NCBI GenBank assembly: GCA_016234405.1
Contig: JACRCC010000046.1
Location: forward strand, 2,079 to 66,078
Direction: 5' to 3'
DNA length: 64,000 nucleotides
Source: Deltaproteobacteria bacterium
GTDB taxonomy: Bacteria > Desulfobacterota > GWC2-55-46
This document shows positions 18,083 to 27,017 of this stretch, piece after piece (position 1 is the stretch's first letter; the number at the start of each line of letters is the position of its first letter). Below the pieces are notes generated by a model. The model ran no database searches. It had not been told where the DNA came from and was given only the letters and a program-made list of their open reading frames with translations. A program made the translations under genes and the position numbers.

Positions 18083-18727
18083 TCACCGTTTGTCCTTTAA
18101 AACCGACTTATTTATGATATCACATATCGCGTTGTGTATTAAAGGGATTCCCCCGTCGCCGGATATTACGCGGACCCTTTTCGGGGTATCCGCCGCTATC
18201 TTCAAAAAACCCTTTCTGACTCTTTTGTGGAAATCAAGGGACTCTTTCTCGAACCTGTCTTCCTTTAGGGCGGTCTTGGATATCCGTTTCCGCGCCCTTT
18301 TAAGCCCTATCTCAGGGTCAAGGTCGAGGAGAAACGTGACATCCGGGGTCAGGCCGTTGGAGGCAAGTTTATTCAAGAGGGGGATGTCAGTTTTAAGCCC
18401 CCTGCCGAAACCCTGATACGCGACCGTTGAATCCACGAACCTGTCGCATATCACGAATACGCCTCTTTTGAGAGCCGGGGCAATGACCTTTTCAACAAGC
18501 TCTGCCCTGCAGGCTTCGTAAAGGAATAGCTCCGTCAACGGAGCCATTCCGTCGCCTTCGGAGTTGAGCAATATCGCCCTTACCTTCTCACCAAGGCGCG
18601 TGCCCCCGGGTTCCCGCACGAGCAAGACCTTAAATCCCTTTTTTTCGAGATACCCCTTGAGAAGTTCCACCTGAGTGGACTTGCCGCAGCCCTCGACGCC
18701 TTCGAATGTAATGAACCTGTTGCCCAT
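18083..18727 (-). CDS. tmk: Thymidylate kinase Tmk
   Basis: FITFEGVEGCGKST P-loop, LVREPGGT; start at MGNRF because upstream ORF extension runs through an R5 repeat. Confidence 0.9.
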   Translation of the reverse strand: MGNRFITFEGVEGCGKSTQVELLKGYLEKKGFKVLLVREPGGTRLGEKVRAILLNSEGDGMAPLTELFLYEACRAELVEKVIAPALKRGVFVICDRFVDSTVAYQGFGRGLKTDIPLLNKLASNGLTPDVTFLLDLDPEIGLKRARKRISKTALKEDRFEKESLDFHKRVRKGFLKIAADTPKRVRVISGDGGIPLIHNAICDIINKSVLKDKR

Positions 18728-18770
18728 GCGGTAATCTCCCCAGCCCCTCTTTAGGGAAACTCTGATTAAT

Positions 18771-18843
18771 TGCACTCTGTCGTCATTCTGAGCGCATTCG
18801 CTCAAAATGACGATAGCGAATGTGCTCAGTAATGACACCATCG
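18771..18843. repeat. Repeat family R5 copy (GTCATTCTGAGCGCATTCGC ... GCGAATGTGCTCAGTAATGAC)
   Basis: Imperfect palindrome; related to 4030-4232 and 49505-49596. Confidence 0.7.
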
Positions 18844-18918
18844 TAGAATAAATCAGAGACCCCTTATATCAAAAAGCAAGGCCTATCCCCCGTTTTTTCC
18901 GCAGGTTGGAATGCGGAA

Positions 18919-19218
18919 TCACCCATGATGCGCTTGGGCATGCAGTTTCAACCCTAATGCAGTCATTACCTTGAGGATGGTGTCAAAACCCGGACTGCGC
19001 TCGCCGGAGAGCGCCTTGTAAAGGCTTTCGCGGGACAGGCCCGCGTCACGCGCGACCCGCGCCATGCCTTTTGCGCGGGCGATATCGCCCAGCGCCTTTG
19101 CAATGAATGCCGCATCGCCGTCAGCCTCCTCAAAACATGCCTCCAGATAAGCCGCCATTTCCTCCGGGGTTCGGAGGTGTTCCGCAACGTCGTAGCGCGT
19201 GGTAGTTGTCTTGCTCAT
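18919..19218 (-). CDS. higA: HigA-like addiction-module antidote protein (HTH)
   Basis: About 100 aa, HTH region (GMARVARDAGLSRESLYKALS); immediately downstream of a RelE/ParE-fold toxin. Confidence 0.7.
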   Translation of the reverse strand: MSKTTTTRYDVAEHLRTPEEMAAYLEACFEEADGDAAFIAKALGDIARAKGMARVARDAGLSRESLYKALSGERSPGFDTILKVMTALGLKLHAQAHHG

Positions 19219-19227
19219 TATTCGCTC

Positions 19228-19518
19228 CTATAAGTTCCGCGCGAGACGCAGCGCATCCTTGATGTCGGCGGCCTGTGTGCGTTTGTCGCCTCCGGCAAGC
19301 AAAATTATCGCCGTGCGTCCGCGCATCGTAAAATACACCCGGTAACCGGGGACATAATCAATTCGCAGTTCTGAAACGCCCTCCCCAACCGATCTGACAT
19401 CCCCCGGGTTCCCTGCCGCAAGACGCTCGACCCTGACCTGGACGCGCGCCCGCGCATGAATGTCGCGCAGCCCATCAAGCCATTTGGCATAAGTCTCCGT
19501 CTTGCGAATCTCATGCAT
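19228..19518 (-). CDS. higB: HigB-like addiction-module killer protein (RelE/ParE superfamily)
   Basis: 96 aa; toxin-first gene order typical of HigBA. Confidence 0.65.
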   Translation of the reverse strand: MHEIRKTETYAKWLDGLRDIHARARVQVRVERLAAGNPGDVRSVGEGVSELRIDYVPGYRVYFTMRGRTAIILLAGGDKRTQAADIKDALRLARNL

Positions 19519-19597
19519 TATCTATTGTAGCCATACGGCTACAATATGTCAATATCTTTCCATCGGCGACAATTGGAAAAAGGAATATTATTATCAC

Positions 19598-19626
19598 TTG
19601 ACATTCTACGGCATGTAGTATAGGAT
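19598..19626 (+). promoter_or_regulatory. Sigma70-like promoter TTGACA-17-TAGGAT of the blaI-like operon, with CTAC-N5-GTAG dyad in the spacer
   Basis: Hexamers and spacing seen directly; AGGAG ribosome-binding site 10 nt before the ATG at 19648. Confidence 0.5.
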
Positions 19627-19647
19627 TAGTCATCAGGAGCCGCGCCT

Positions 19648-20073
19648 ATGGAAAAAAATCATAAACACAGGGAATCCACCTCATCAACGACAGGCCCCCT
19701 CGAGCAGGACGTGCTCGGAGTCCTCTGGGAAAAAGAGGAAGCGACCGGCAGGGAGGTCTATTCTGATCTCAAGCGTTCGCGGTCAATCGCTCTTACGACC
19801 GTCCTGACGGTATTGGAGAGGCTCGCCAACAAGGGGTTCGTAACAAAGGCCAAGGGTGAAAGCGTATTCATCTACCGCCCCGCTTTCACGAAAGACGGCT
19901 TTGCGCGGGAGGTTTCGCACGGCGTCCTTAAAAACATATTCGGCATATCCGCATCCGGCGCATGCGCGTCGTTCGTGGACGCGCTCGCGGACGTGGACCC
20001 GCAAGAGCTTGAAAGGCTGTCATCCCTCATCGAAAAAAAGAAAAAAGAAATCCTGCGGGACAAGAGGCGATAA
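19648..20073 (+). CDS. blaI: BlaI/MecI/CopY-family winged-helix transcriptional repressor
   Basis: Penicillinase-repressor fold signature (QDVLGVLWEKEEATGREVYSDL, TTVLTVLERLANKGFV); no C-terminal CxCx4CxC metal site. Confidence 0.8.
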   Translation: MEKNHKHRESTSSTTGPLEQDVLGVLWEKEEATGREVYSDLKRSRSIALTTVLTVLERLANKGFVTKAKGESVFIYRPAFTKDGFAREVSHGVLKNIFGISASGACASFVDALADVDPQELERLSSLIEKKKKEILRDKRR

Positions 20074-20077
20074 ACCC

Positions 20078-21007
20078 ATGCCCATCATTACCCTGACGCT
20101 CATCGCCGTTACATCCATTGCGGGCGCAATCTTGTGGGGGTTTTGGGGACTTACCGGTCTCGTGGCGTTTACCGCGTTGGCGCTTCAATTCTGCCACGAC
20201 CTCGTCTCGGCCTGCTTTGAGTATCTTGCGCTTGGAAAACTCACGTTCATCTGGACGGGCGCCGCCCTGGCCTCGTGGGGCGTGATCTACGCTTCCGTCA
20301 GGGGCGTTGCCTCTTATATAAATACGCGCTCCGCATTGACGCGGCTGCCGATAACCGCATCAGGCTCACTTAATATTATCGAGGATGAAACTGCGGCCTG
20401 CGCCTTCACCAGCGGAATTCTAAAACCCAAGATATATCTGACAAGGGGACTCCTCAAAAAACTCAGCTTCAGCGAAAACAAGGCCGTGCTCCTGCACGAG
20501 CTGCACCACAAAAAAAACCGCGACCCCTTGAGCTTCTTTGCCCTCGCCTTCCTCAAGGACGCGCTCTTTTACCTGCCGCTTGCAAAAGACTTTGTAGCCC
20601 TACAACGCGCAAAAAAAGAAAGACAGGCCGACGACTCGGCAATATCCGCGATGAGGGACGATATGAGCCTCGCAAGCGCGCTCGTCAAGGTTGCGGCATC
20701 CGGAAAAAACCTTTGCTTCGCCAATGCCTCTTTTTCAGACGCAGACCCTGCGGCGCGGATAAGGCGCATCTTGAACGGGAAAGAAACCGCCCACAAAAAC
20801 CCGTCCCTTAAAAACGCGGTAACAAGCCTTGTCATGGCCGCGTTCGTTACCTCGGCGCTTATCATACCAACGGCGTCAGGCGCGCAGCTTGGCGCAAAGT
20901 GCATGAAAGACCACTGCGCGCTGCATAAGAGCAGTCCTAACGCGACGGGCACGTCAACGGGGTGCAAAACGCACTGCGACGCCCCTAAATCCGAGCACAA
21001 ACACTAA
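20078..21007 (+). CDS. BlaR1-like M56/M48 membrane zinc metallopeptidase, with a short Cys/His-rich tail in place of a penicillin-binding sensor domain
   Basis: Four TM segments; HELHH zinc motif; C-terminal CMKDHCALHKSSPNATGTSTGCKTHCDAPKSEHKH; start 4 nt after the blaI stop. Confidence 0.7.
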   Translation: MPIITLTLIAVTSIAGAILWGFWGLTGLVAFTALALQFCHDLVSACFEYLALGKLTFIWTGAALASWGVIYASVRGVASYINTRSALTRLPITASGSLNIIEDETAACAFTSGILKPKIYLTRGLLKKLSFSENKAVLLHELHHKKNRDPLSFFALAFLKDALFYLPLAKDFVALQRAKKERQADDSAISAMRDDMSLASALVKVAASGKNLCFANASFSDADPAARIRRILNGKETAHKNPSLKNAVTSLVMAAFVTSALIIPTASGAQLGAKCMKDHCALHKSSPNATGTSTGCKTHCDAPKSEHKH

Positions 21008-21052
21008 GACAAAATTTTTTCATAACTAATTCTACGCCTCGTAGAATTAGTT

Positions 21053-22360
21053 ATGGACAACAATTTGAAATCGGGATATATTCGGGATATGCTGAACCGC
21101 AAAAAAAAAATAACGATTTTGCTCTTGATTACGGTCTTGACCGCGTCAATCTTATCCGCTCGATATGTGGAGGCGGCAGAGACAATTGTTTTAAAAGAAC
21201 TGATTGCCGAGGCGAGAGAGAATAACGCGCAGCTCAAATCCCTGCGCGAGCTTGTAAAGGCAAAGGATGCCGGGGCGCGCGTCGAGGGCTTTTATGACGA
21301 CCCCACCCTCAAGGTCGAGATGGAAGACCTTGCCAAAAAATCCCCTCAAAACACGGCGCCGGGCAACGCCATGATGACTCGATACACGCTCAGCCAGATG
21401 CTGCCGTTTCCCGGTAAACTCTCCCTGAAAGAACGCATCGCGGGCAAGGAGACAATAGCTGCAAGGGCGCTCTACGCGGAAAAAGAACTTGAGGTGCTCG
21501 CAAATTTGAAAGAGGCCTTCTACGGCTACGCCTATCTTACCGAGGCCGTAAAGCTGACCGAAGAGATAAAGGGCATCCTCGCCTACATGTCGAAGATAGC
21601 GGAGAGCAGATACGCAACGGGTCTGGCCCCGCAGCAGGACGTAATAAAGGTCCAGCTCGAAAACACCATGCTCGCAAACGAACTCATAATGCTGTCCTCC
21701 GAAAAAGAGATGGCCGCGGCGCGGATAAAGCCGCTTATCGGGAAGGGTCAAGATTACCCTCTTCCCGCGGCTTCAGACCTGCCGAAAAACAAGATTGAGT
21801 TCGAGACGGAAGTCCTCATCGAGGCGGCCATACGGAAAAACCCCGGCATATTGATGCTCGAGTCTGAAGCCGCCGCAGGCGACCTCGGAGTTGAGCTTGC
21901 CAAAAAGGATTATTACCCGGACTTCATGCTCGGCTTGGCCCCCATCCAGAAAGACGGCAGGTTCGAGACCTACGACGTGATGTTCCAGATGACCATCCCA
22001 ATATGGTGGGGCAAAAACAGCGGCAAGGTAACGGCGGCATCCGCGGGCGCGTCTTCGGCAAGGGCGCGGCTTTTGGCGGAAAGGCTTGCCAAGTCGTTTG
22101 AGGTTAAAGAGGCCGCCCTGCAGGCCAAGGCCGCCTCGAACATAATGTCTCTTTTCAAGACCGGGATAATACCGCAGGCCGAGATGGCCTTCGAATCCGC
22201 CATGAAAAACTACCAATCCGGCAAGGTGGACTTTCTGACGCTCCTCGAGTCCGGAAGGGAGATAAAAAAAACGCGCCTCAATTACTTGAAGACCGTGCTC
22301 GAATACCGTAAAAAACTCGCATCCCTTGAGAGGGTCTCGGCGACGGAATTAGGAGAATGA
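21053..22360 (+). CDS. cusC: Outer-membrane efflux protein CusC/CzcC (TolC family)
   Basis: Signal peptide; two OEP repeats; first gene of a three-gene RND efflux operon. Confidence 0.8.
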   Translation: MDNNLKSGYIRDMLNRKKKITILLLITVLTASILSARYVEAAETIVLKELIAEARENNAQLKSLRELVKAKDAGARVEGFYDDPTLKVEMEDLAKKSPQNTAPGNAMMTRYTLSQMLPFPGKLSLKERIAGKETIAARALYAEKELEVLANLKEAFYGYAYLTEAVKLTEEIKGILAYMSKIAESRYATGLAPQQDVIKVQLENTMLANELIMLSSEKEMAAARIKPLIGKGQDYPLPAASDLPKNKIEFETEVLIEAAIRKNPGILMLESEAAAGDLGVELAKKDYYPDFMLGLAPIQKDGRFETYDVMFQMTIPIWWGKNSGKVTAASAGASSARARLLAERLAKSFEVKEAALQAKAASNIMSLFKTGIIPQAEMAFESAMKNYQSGKVDFLTLLESGREIKKTRLNYLKTVLEYRKKLASLERVSATELGE

Positions 22361-23754
22361 ATGGAATGAAAAAGACATCGTCGGCGATAATCGCGCTTGC
22401 CGTAGGTTTTGCGGTAGGCGGGGCATCCATCTGGCTGTTTTCAAAACCGAATGTCCCGTCCGCCCCCGGCCAAACGAAAGAGGCCGTTGTCAAAGAACGC
22501 AAGATTCAATTCTACCGCAATCCGATGAACCCTGAGGCCACGTCCCCCACCCCCATGAAAGACAGCATGGGCATGCCGTACGTCCCGGTCTATGAGGACG
22601 AGGGGCAGACAAAAGACTCGCCCGGTGTAGTGAGGATAAGCCCTGAAAAGGCGCAGCGCATCGGCGTCAAATCCGAACAGGCCGCAAGACGCGAGTTGAA
22701 GCGCGTAATAAGAACGGTCGGAAGGGTCGAGCCGGTGGAGAACTACGTCCACATAATAAACTCCAAGATATCCGGATGGGTTGAAAAACTCTTTGTCAAC
22801 CGCACTGACCAGATGGTCGCGTCCGGAGAAAAACTCCTCGACCTCTACAGCCCGGACCTCGTATCCGCGCAGGAGGAATATCTCCTCGCGTGGAGGTCTT
22901 TTGAGCAGAGCAAAACGAGCACGCACCCGGAGGTAAAAGAGGGCGCAAAAAGCCTCCTTAACGCGGCAAGCCAAAGACTCAAATACTGGGACATATCCGA
23001 AGACCAGATTGAAAGGCTCAAAACAAGCGGCAAGATAACCCGAACCCTGACGATAAAGACCCCGGCACACGGCAGCGTTACCGAAAAGATGGTCGTGGAA
23101 GGGCAAAAGATAGAGGCCGGAGAGACGCTCTTTAAAATAATTGACCACTCCACGGTCTGGGTATACGGCGAGATATACGAGCACGAACTGCCCTACGTAA
23201 AGGTCGGAGAGGCCGCTTCACTTTATCCCTCATACGCCGCACAGGACATATACAGGGGTCATATCGAACACGTCTACGGCCACCTCGGCTCGATTAGATA
23301 CACCCCCGAAGGCTCGACTGAAATCAGGACTGCCAAGATTAGGTTCGAGCTTCCCAACAAAACGCACAAACTCAAACTCGGCATGTACATGAACATAGAG
23401 ATACCCGTAACCGTGGCGGTCAACGCGGTCTCGGTTCCGGATTCGGCGCTGATAGACACGGGCGCGAGAAGGCTCGTCATAATAGACAGGCGCGACGGGT
23501 CGTTCGAGCCGAGGGACGTTGAGGCCGGGGCAAGGGCGGACGGCTACTACGAGATAAAAAGCGGCGTCCATGCCGGCGAGTGGGTGGTCTCGGCCGCGAA
23601 CTTTCTTATAGATTCCGAAAGTAACCTCAAGGCCGCGATAGGCGGCCTCGGAGGACACGAAGGGCACGGCAAGGCCAAAAAACAAGAACCCATTGCGGCA
23701 GAAAAAGCTGACAAAAAAGAAGACGCGGCGCCGTCCGAACACAAAGGACACTGA
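22357..23754 (+). CDS. cusB: Cu(I)/Ag(I) efflux membrane-fusion protein CusB
   Basis: N-terminal FYRNPMNPEATSPTPMKDSMGMPYVP parallels the E. coli CusB Met21/36/38 metal site (YDPMYP...SPFMDMDLVP); HlyD-like domains; His-rich C-tail. Confidence 0.85.
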   Translation: MNGMKKTSSAIIALAVGFAVGGASIWLFSKPNVPSAPGQTKEAVVKERKIQFYRNPMNPEATSPTPMKDSMGMPYVPVYEDEGQTKDSPGVVRISPEKAQRIGVKSEQAARRELKRVIRTVGRVEPVENYVHIINSKISGWVEKLFVNRTDQMVASGEKLLDLYSPDLVSAQEEYLLAWRSFEQSKTSTHPEVKEGAKSLLNAASQRLKYWDISEDQIERLKTSGKITRTLTIKTPAHGSVTEKMVVEGQKIEAGETLFKIIDHSTVWVYGEIYEHELPYVKVGEAASLYPSYAAQDIYRGHIEHVYGHLGSIRYTPEGSTEIRTAKIRFELPNKTHKLKLGMYMNIEIPVTVAVNAVSVPDSALIDTGARRLVIIDRRDGSFEPRDVEAGARADGYYEIKSGVHAGEWVVSAANFLIDSESNLKAAIGGLGGHEGHGKAKKQEPIAAEKADKKEDAAPSEHKGH

Positions 23755-23762
23755 ACGAATTA

Positions 23763-23833
23763 GGATGTAGGGGGTGGGAGGTGGTAAAGACTTTACTACC
23801 CCCTACCTCCCACTCCCCGCATCCCATCTTAAA
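23763..23833. repeat. Repeat family R8 copy forming an imperfect hairpin in the cusB-cusA spacer
   Basis: GTAGGGGGTGGGAGGTGGTAAAG / CTTTACTACCCCCTACCTCCCAC; same motif as at 1-50. Confidence 0.65.
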
Positions 23834-23836
23834 CCC

Positions 23837-26800
23837 ATGCTCAATAAAATAATCGAACTTTCCGTAAAAAACAGATTCGTCATCATCCTTGCCGCCGTCT
23901 TCCTTGCGGGCTGGGGCGTCTGGACGCTCTACAGGACGCCCGTTGACGCCATCCCGGATCTATCCGACGCGCAGGTGATAATCTACACCGACTACCCCGG
24001 CCAAGCCCCTCAGGTGGTCGAAGACCAAATCACCTATCCCCTCACCACAGCCATGCTCGCGGTTCCAAAGGCCAAGGTGGTGCGCGGGTACTCGTTCTTC
24101 GGCGTATCCTTCATCTATATAATCTTCGAGGACGGCACCGACATTTACTGGGCCAGAAGCCGCGTGCTCGAATACCTGAATTTCGCCTCCGGCAAACTCC
24201 CGCGCGGCGTTACGCCGTCTTTGGGGCCTGACGCCACGGGCGTGGGCTGGGTCTACGAGTATACGGTCGAGGGCGCTGGATACAGCCTCGCGGAATTAAG
24301 GGGCATTCAGGACTGGTACGTGAGGTATCAGCTTACGAAGGTGCCCGGGGTTTCGGAGGTCGCATCCATAGGCGGGTTCGTGAAACAATATCAGGTGAAC
24401 CTCGACCCCAATAAGCTCATCACTTACGGCATATCCATAAGAGACGTAGTCAAATCCATCGAGATGAGCAACAACGACGTGGGCGGCAGGGTCGTGGAGA
24501 TGGCCGAGAGGGAATACATGGTGCGCGGGCTTGGCTACATAAAGGGCATGCCTGACATCGAGGACATCGTCTTAAAGGTTGACATGACCGGCACGCCCGT
24601 GAAGGTGAAAGACGTCGGGAGGGTGGAGATCGGGCCTGACGAAAGGCGCGGCGTAACGGAATTGAACGGCGAAGGCGAGGCCGTTGCCGGGATAGTCGTG
24701 ATGAGGTTCGGCGAAAACGCGCTAAACGTGATTGACGGCGTAAAGGAAAAGATAAAAGACTTGAGCGCCGGTCTGCCGCCGGGCGTCAAGATTCGCGCGG
24801 TCTATGACAGGAGCCATCTCATAGAAAGGGCCATTGACACGCTCAAGGCGAAACTCGTCGAGGAATTCATCGTAGTTTCCATCGTCTGCATAATCTTTCT
24901 CCTGCATTTCAGGAGCGCCCTCGTTGCCATCCTCATGCTTCCGCTTGCGATACTCATCTCCTTTATCGTGATGTTTGAAATGAAAATAAACGCCAACATC
25001 ATGAGCCTCGGAGGCATCGCCATAGCCATAGGCGCGATGATAGACGGCGCAATCGTGATGGTCGAAAACGGCCACAAAAAGATAGAAAAAGAGGCCCCGG
25101 GGGCCAACCGCTGGGCCACGATTACGGAGGCGGCAAAAGAGGTCGGCCCGGCGCTCTTTTTTTCGCTCCTCATAATAACCGTGTCGTTCCTGCCCATCTT
25201 CACGCTCGAGGCTCAGGAGGGCCGGCTCTTCAAACCCCTTGCCTACACCAAGACGTTTGCCATGGCCTCGGCGGCCATACTCTCCATAACGCTCGTGCCG
25301 GTGCTCATGGGTTTTTTCCTCCGCGGACGAATACCTAAGGAAGAGAGAAACCCTTTGACGCGGGGTCTCATCCGCGTCTACAGACCCGCGATACACGCGG
25401 TCTTGAAGTTCAAAAAGACCACCCTCATCATAGCGGCCTCAGCGCTCATCTCCATCGTTTTTCCGCTCTCCAGACTCGGAAGCGAATTCATGCCTTCGCT
25501 TGACGAAGGGACATTAATGTTCATGCCCGTAACCCTGCCCGGCGTATCGGTGACAAAGGCCGCGGAAATACTCCAGACCCAAGACCGGATAATAAAGGGC
25601 TTCCCGGAGGTCGCCACCGTATTCGGCAAGGCAGGCAGGGCGCTCACAGCCACGGACCCCGCGCCTTTTGAGATGTTCGAGACTATCATAAACCTGAAAC
25701 ACCAAGATACGTGGCGCCCGGGCATGACGCAGGAGAGGCTCGTCGCGGAGATGGATAAAGCGTTGAAGATGCCCGGGGTCACCAACGCATGGACCATGCC
25801 GATTAAGGCCCGCATTGACATGCTCTCCACCGGCATAAGGACTCCGGTGGGGATAAAGGTCTTCGGCAAAGACCTTGAAACGTTGGAGAAGACCGCGCTC
25901 GAGGTCGAGGCCGCGGTAAAAAAGGTGGACGGCGCCGCGAGCGCATACGCGGAGAGGATAGTGGGCGGATATTACCTCGACATAAAGATAAAACGCAATG
26001 ACGCGGCAAGATACGGGCTTAAGGTCGAGGACATCCAGCAGGTCATAATGACCGCCGTCGGAGGCGAAAACGTAACGACGACGGTCGAGGGGCTCGAGCG
26101 CTACCCGGTAAACGTCAGATACATGCGGGAGCTAAGAGACGACGTGAATAAGATAGGCCGGGTCCTCGTGCCCACCATGATGGGGACGCACGTCGCGCTT
26201 TCGCAGGTCGCGGACATAGAAATAAAAAAAGGGCCGCCGGGGATTCGGACGGAAAACGCGCTTCTGACGACGTGGATATTCGTTGACGTGCGCGGCAGAG
26301 ACATCGGCAGTTTTGTGGCCGAGGCAAAAGAGGCCGTGGCGCGGGATGTGCGCTTCCCAACGGGTTATTACGCGGCGTGGAGCGGCCAGTATGAATACAT
26401 GCAGAGGGCTTATGCAAAGCTCCTGTATATCGTGCCGCTTACCCTCGCCATAATATTTCTTCTGCTTTATCTCAACTTCGGCTCCGTTGCCGAATGTCTC
26501 ATGATACTCCTTGCCATCCCTTTTTCCATGATAGGGGCAGCGTGGATACTGTATCTGCTCGGCTACAACATCAGCATCGGCGTTGCGGTGGGTTTTATCG
26601 CGTTGGCGGGGCTTGACGCAGAGACGGGCATCGTCATGCTCATATACCTCACGCACGCTTATGATGACAGAAAAAAGGCGGGCCGTCTCAACACAAAGGC
26701 AGACATCTACGAGGCCGTGTTGGACGGCACGGTGCTGCGCGTCAGACCCAAGCTCATGACCGTAGCCGCCATCATAGCCGGGTTGCTCCCCATCATGTGG

Positions 26801-26938
26801 AGCACGGGAGCCGGCGCGGACGTGATGAAGCGGATAGCCGCGCCCATGGTCGGGGGCATGTTCACGTCGGCGCTCTTGGAACTCCTCGTCCTGCCCGTCG
26901 TATTTACCCTGTGGAAGGGGCGCGGGATGAAGGAATAA
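23837..26938 (+). CDS. cusA: Heavy-metal efflux RND permease CusA
   Basis: 12-TM RND architecture, 1034 aa; start set at MLNKIIELSVKNRF typical of HME-RND. Confidence 0.9.
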   Translation: MLNKIIELSVKNRFVIILAAVFLAGWGVWTLYRTPVDAIPDLSDAQVIIYTDYPGQAPQVVEDQITYPLTTAMLAVPKAKVVRGYSFFGVSFIYIIFEDGTDIYWARSRVLEYLNFASGKLPRGVTPSLGPDATGVGWVYEYTVEGAGYSLAELRGIQDWYVRYQLTKVPGVSEVASIGGFVKQYQVNLDPNKLITYGISIRDVVKSIEMSNNDVGGRVVEMAEREYMVRGLGYIKGMPDIEDIVLKVDMTGTPVKVKDVGRVEIGPDERRGVTELNGEGEAVAGIVVMRFGENALNVIDGVKEKIKDLSAGLPPGVKIRAVYDRSHLIERAIDTLKAKLVEEFIVVSIVCIIFLLHFRSALVAILMLPLAILISFIVMFEMKINANIMSLGGIAIAIGAMIDGAIVMVENGHKKIEKEAPGANRWATITEAAKEVGPALFFSLLIITVSFLPIFTLEAQEGRLFKPLAYTKTFAMASAAILSITLVPVLMGFFLRGRIPKEERNPLTRGLIRVYRPAIHAVLKFKKTTLIIAASALISIVFPLSRLGSEFMPSLDEGTLMFMPVTLPGVSVTKAAEILQTQDRIIKGFPEVATVFGKAGRALTATDPAPFEMFETIINLKHQDTWRPGMTQERLVAEMDKALKMPGVTNAWTMPIKARIDMLSTGIRTPVGIKVFGKDLETLEKTALEVEAAVKKVDGAASAYAERIVGGYYLDIKIKRNDAARYGLKVEDIQQVIMTAVGGENVTTTVEGLERYPVNVRYMRELRDDVNKIGRVLVPTMMGTHVALSQVADIEIKKGPPGIRTENALLTTWIFVDVRGRDIGSFVAEAKEAVARDVRFPTGYYAAWSGQYEYMQRAYAKLLYIVPLTLAIIFLLLYLNFGSVAECLMILLAIPFSMIGAAWILYLLGYNISIGVAVGFIALAGLDAETGIVMLIYLTHAYDDRKKAGRLNTKADIYEAVLDGTVLRVRPKLMTVAAIIAGLLPIMWSTGAGADVMKRIAAPMVGGMFTSALLELLVLPVVFTLWKGRGMKE

Positions 26939-27017
26939 TAAACACGTTAGAGGAAACTCCGGTATACTTAGCTTTATGGCGCTTCAAAAATAAACCGCGA
27001 ATAAAGGAGGCTACAGG

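Noticed and set aside
19856-20077. Upstream 74-codon extension of the blaR1-like ORF, overlapping blaI in another frame
   Set aside because: The extension is a basic low-complexity read-through with no ribosome-binding site. The ATG at 20078, 4 nt after the blaI stop, starts directly at the first TM helix.
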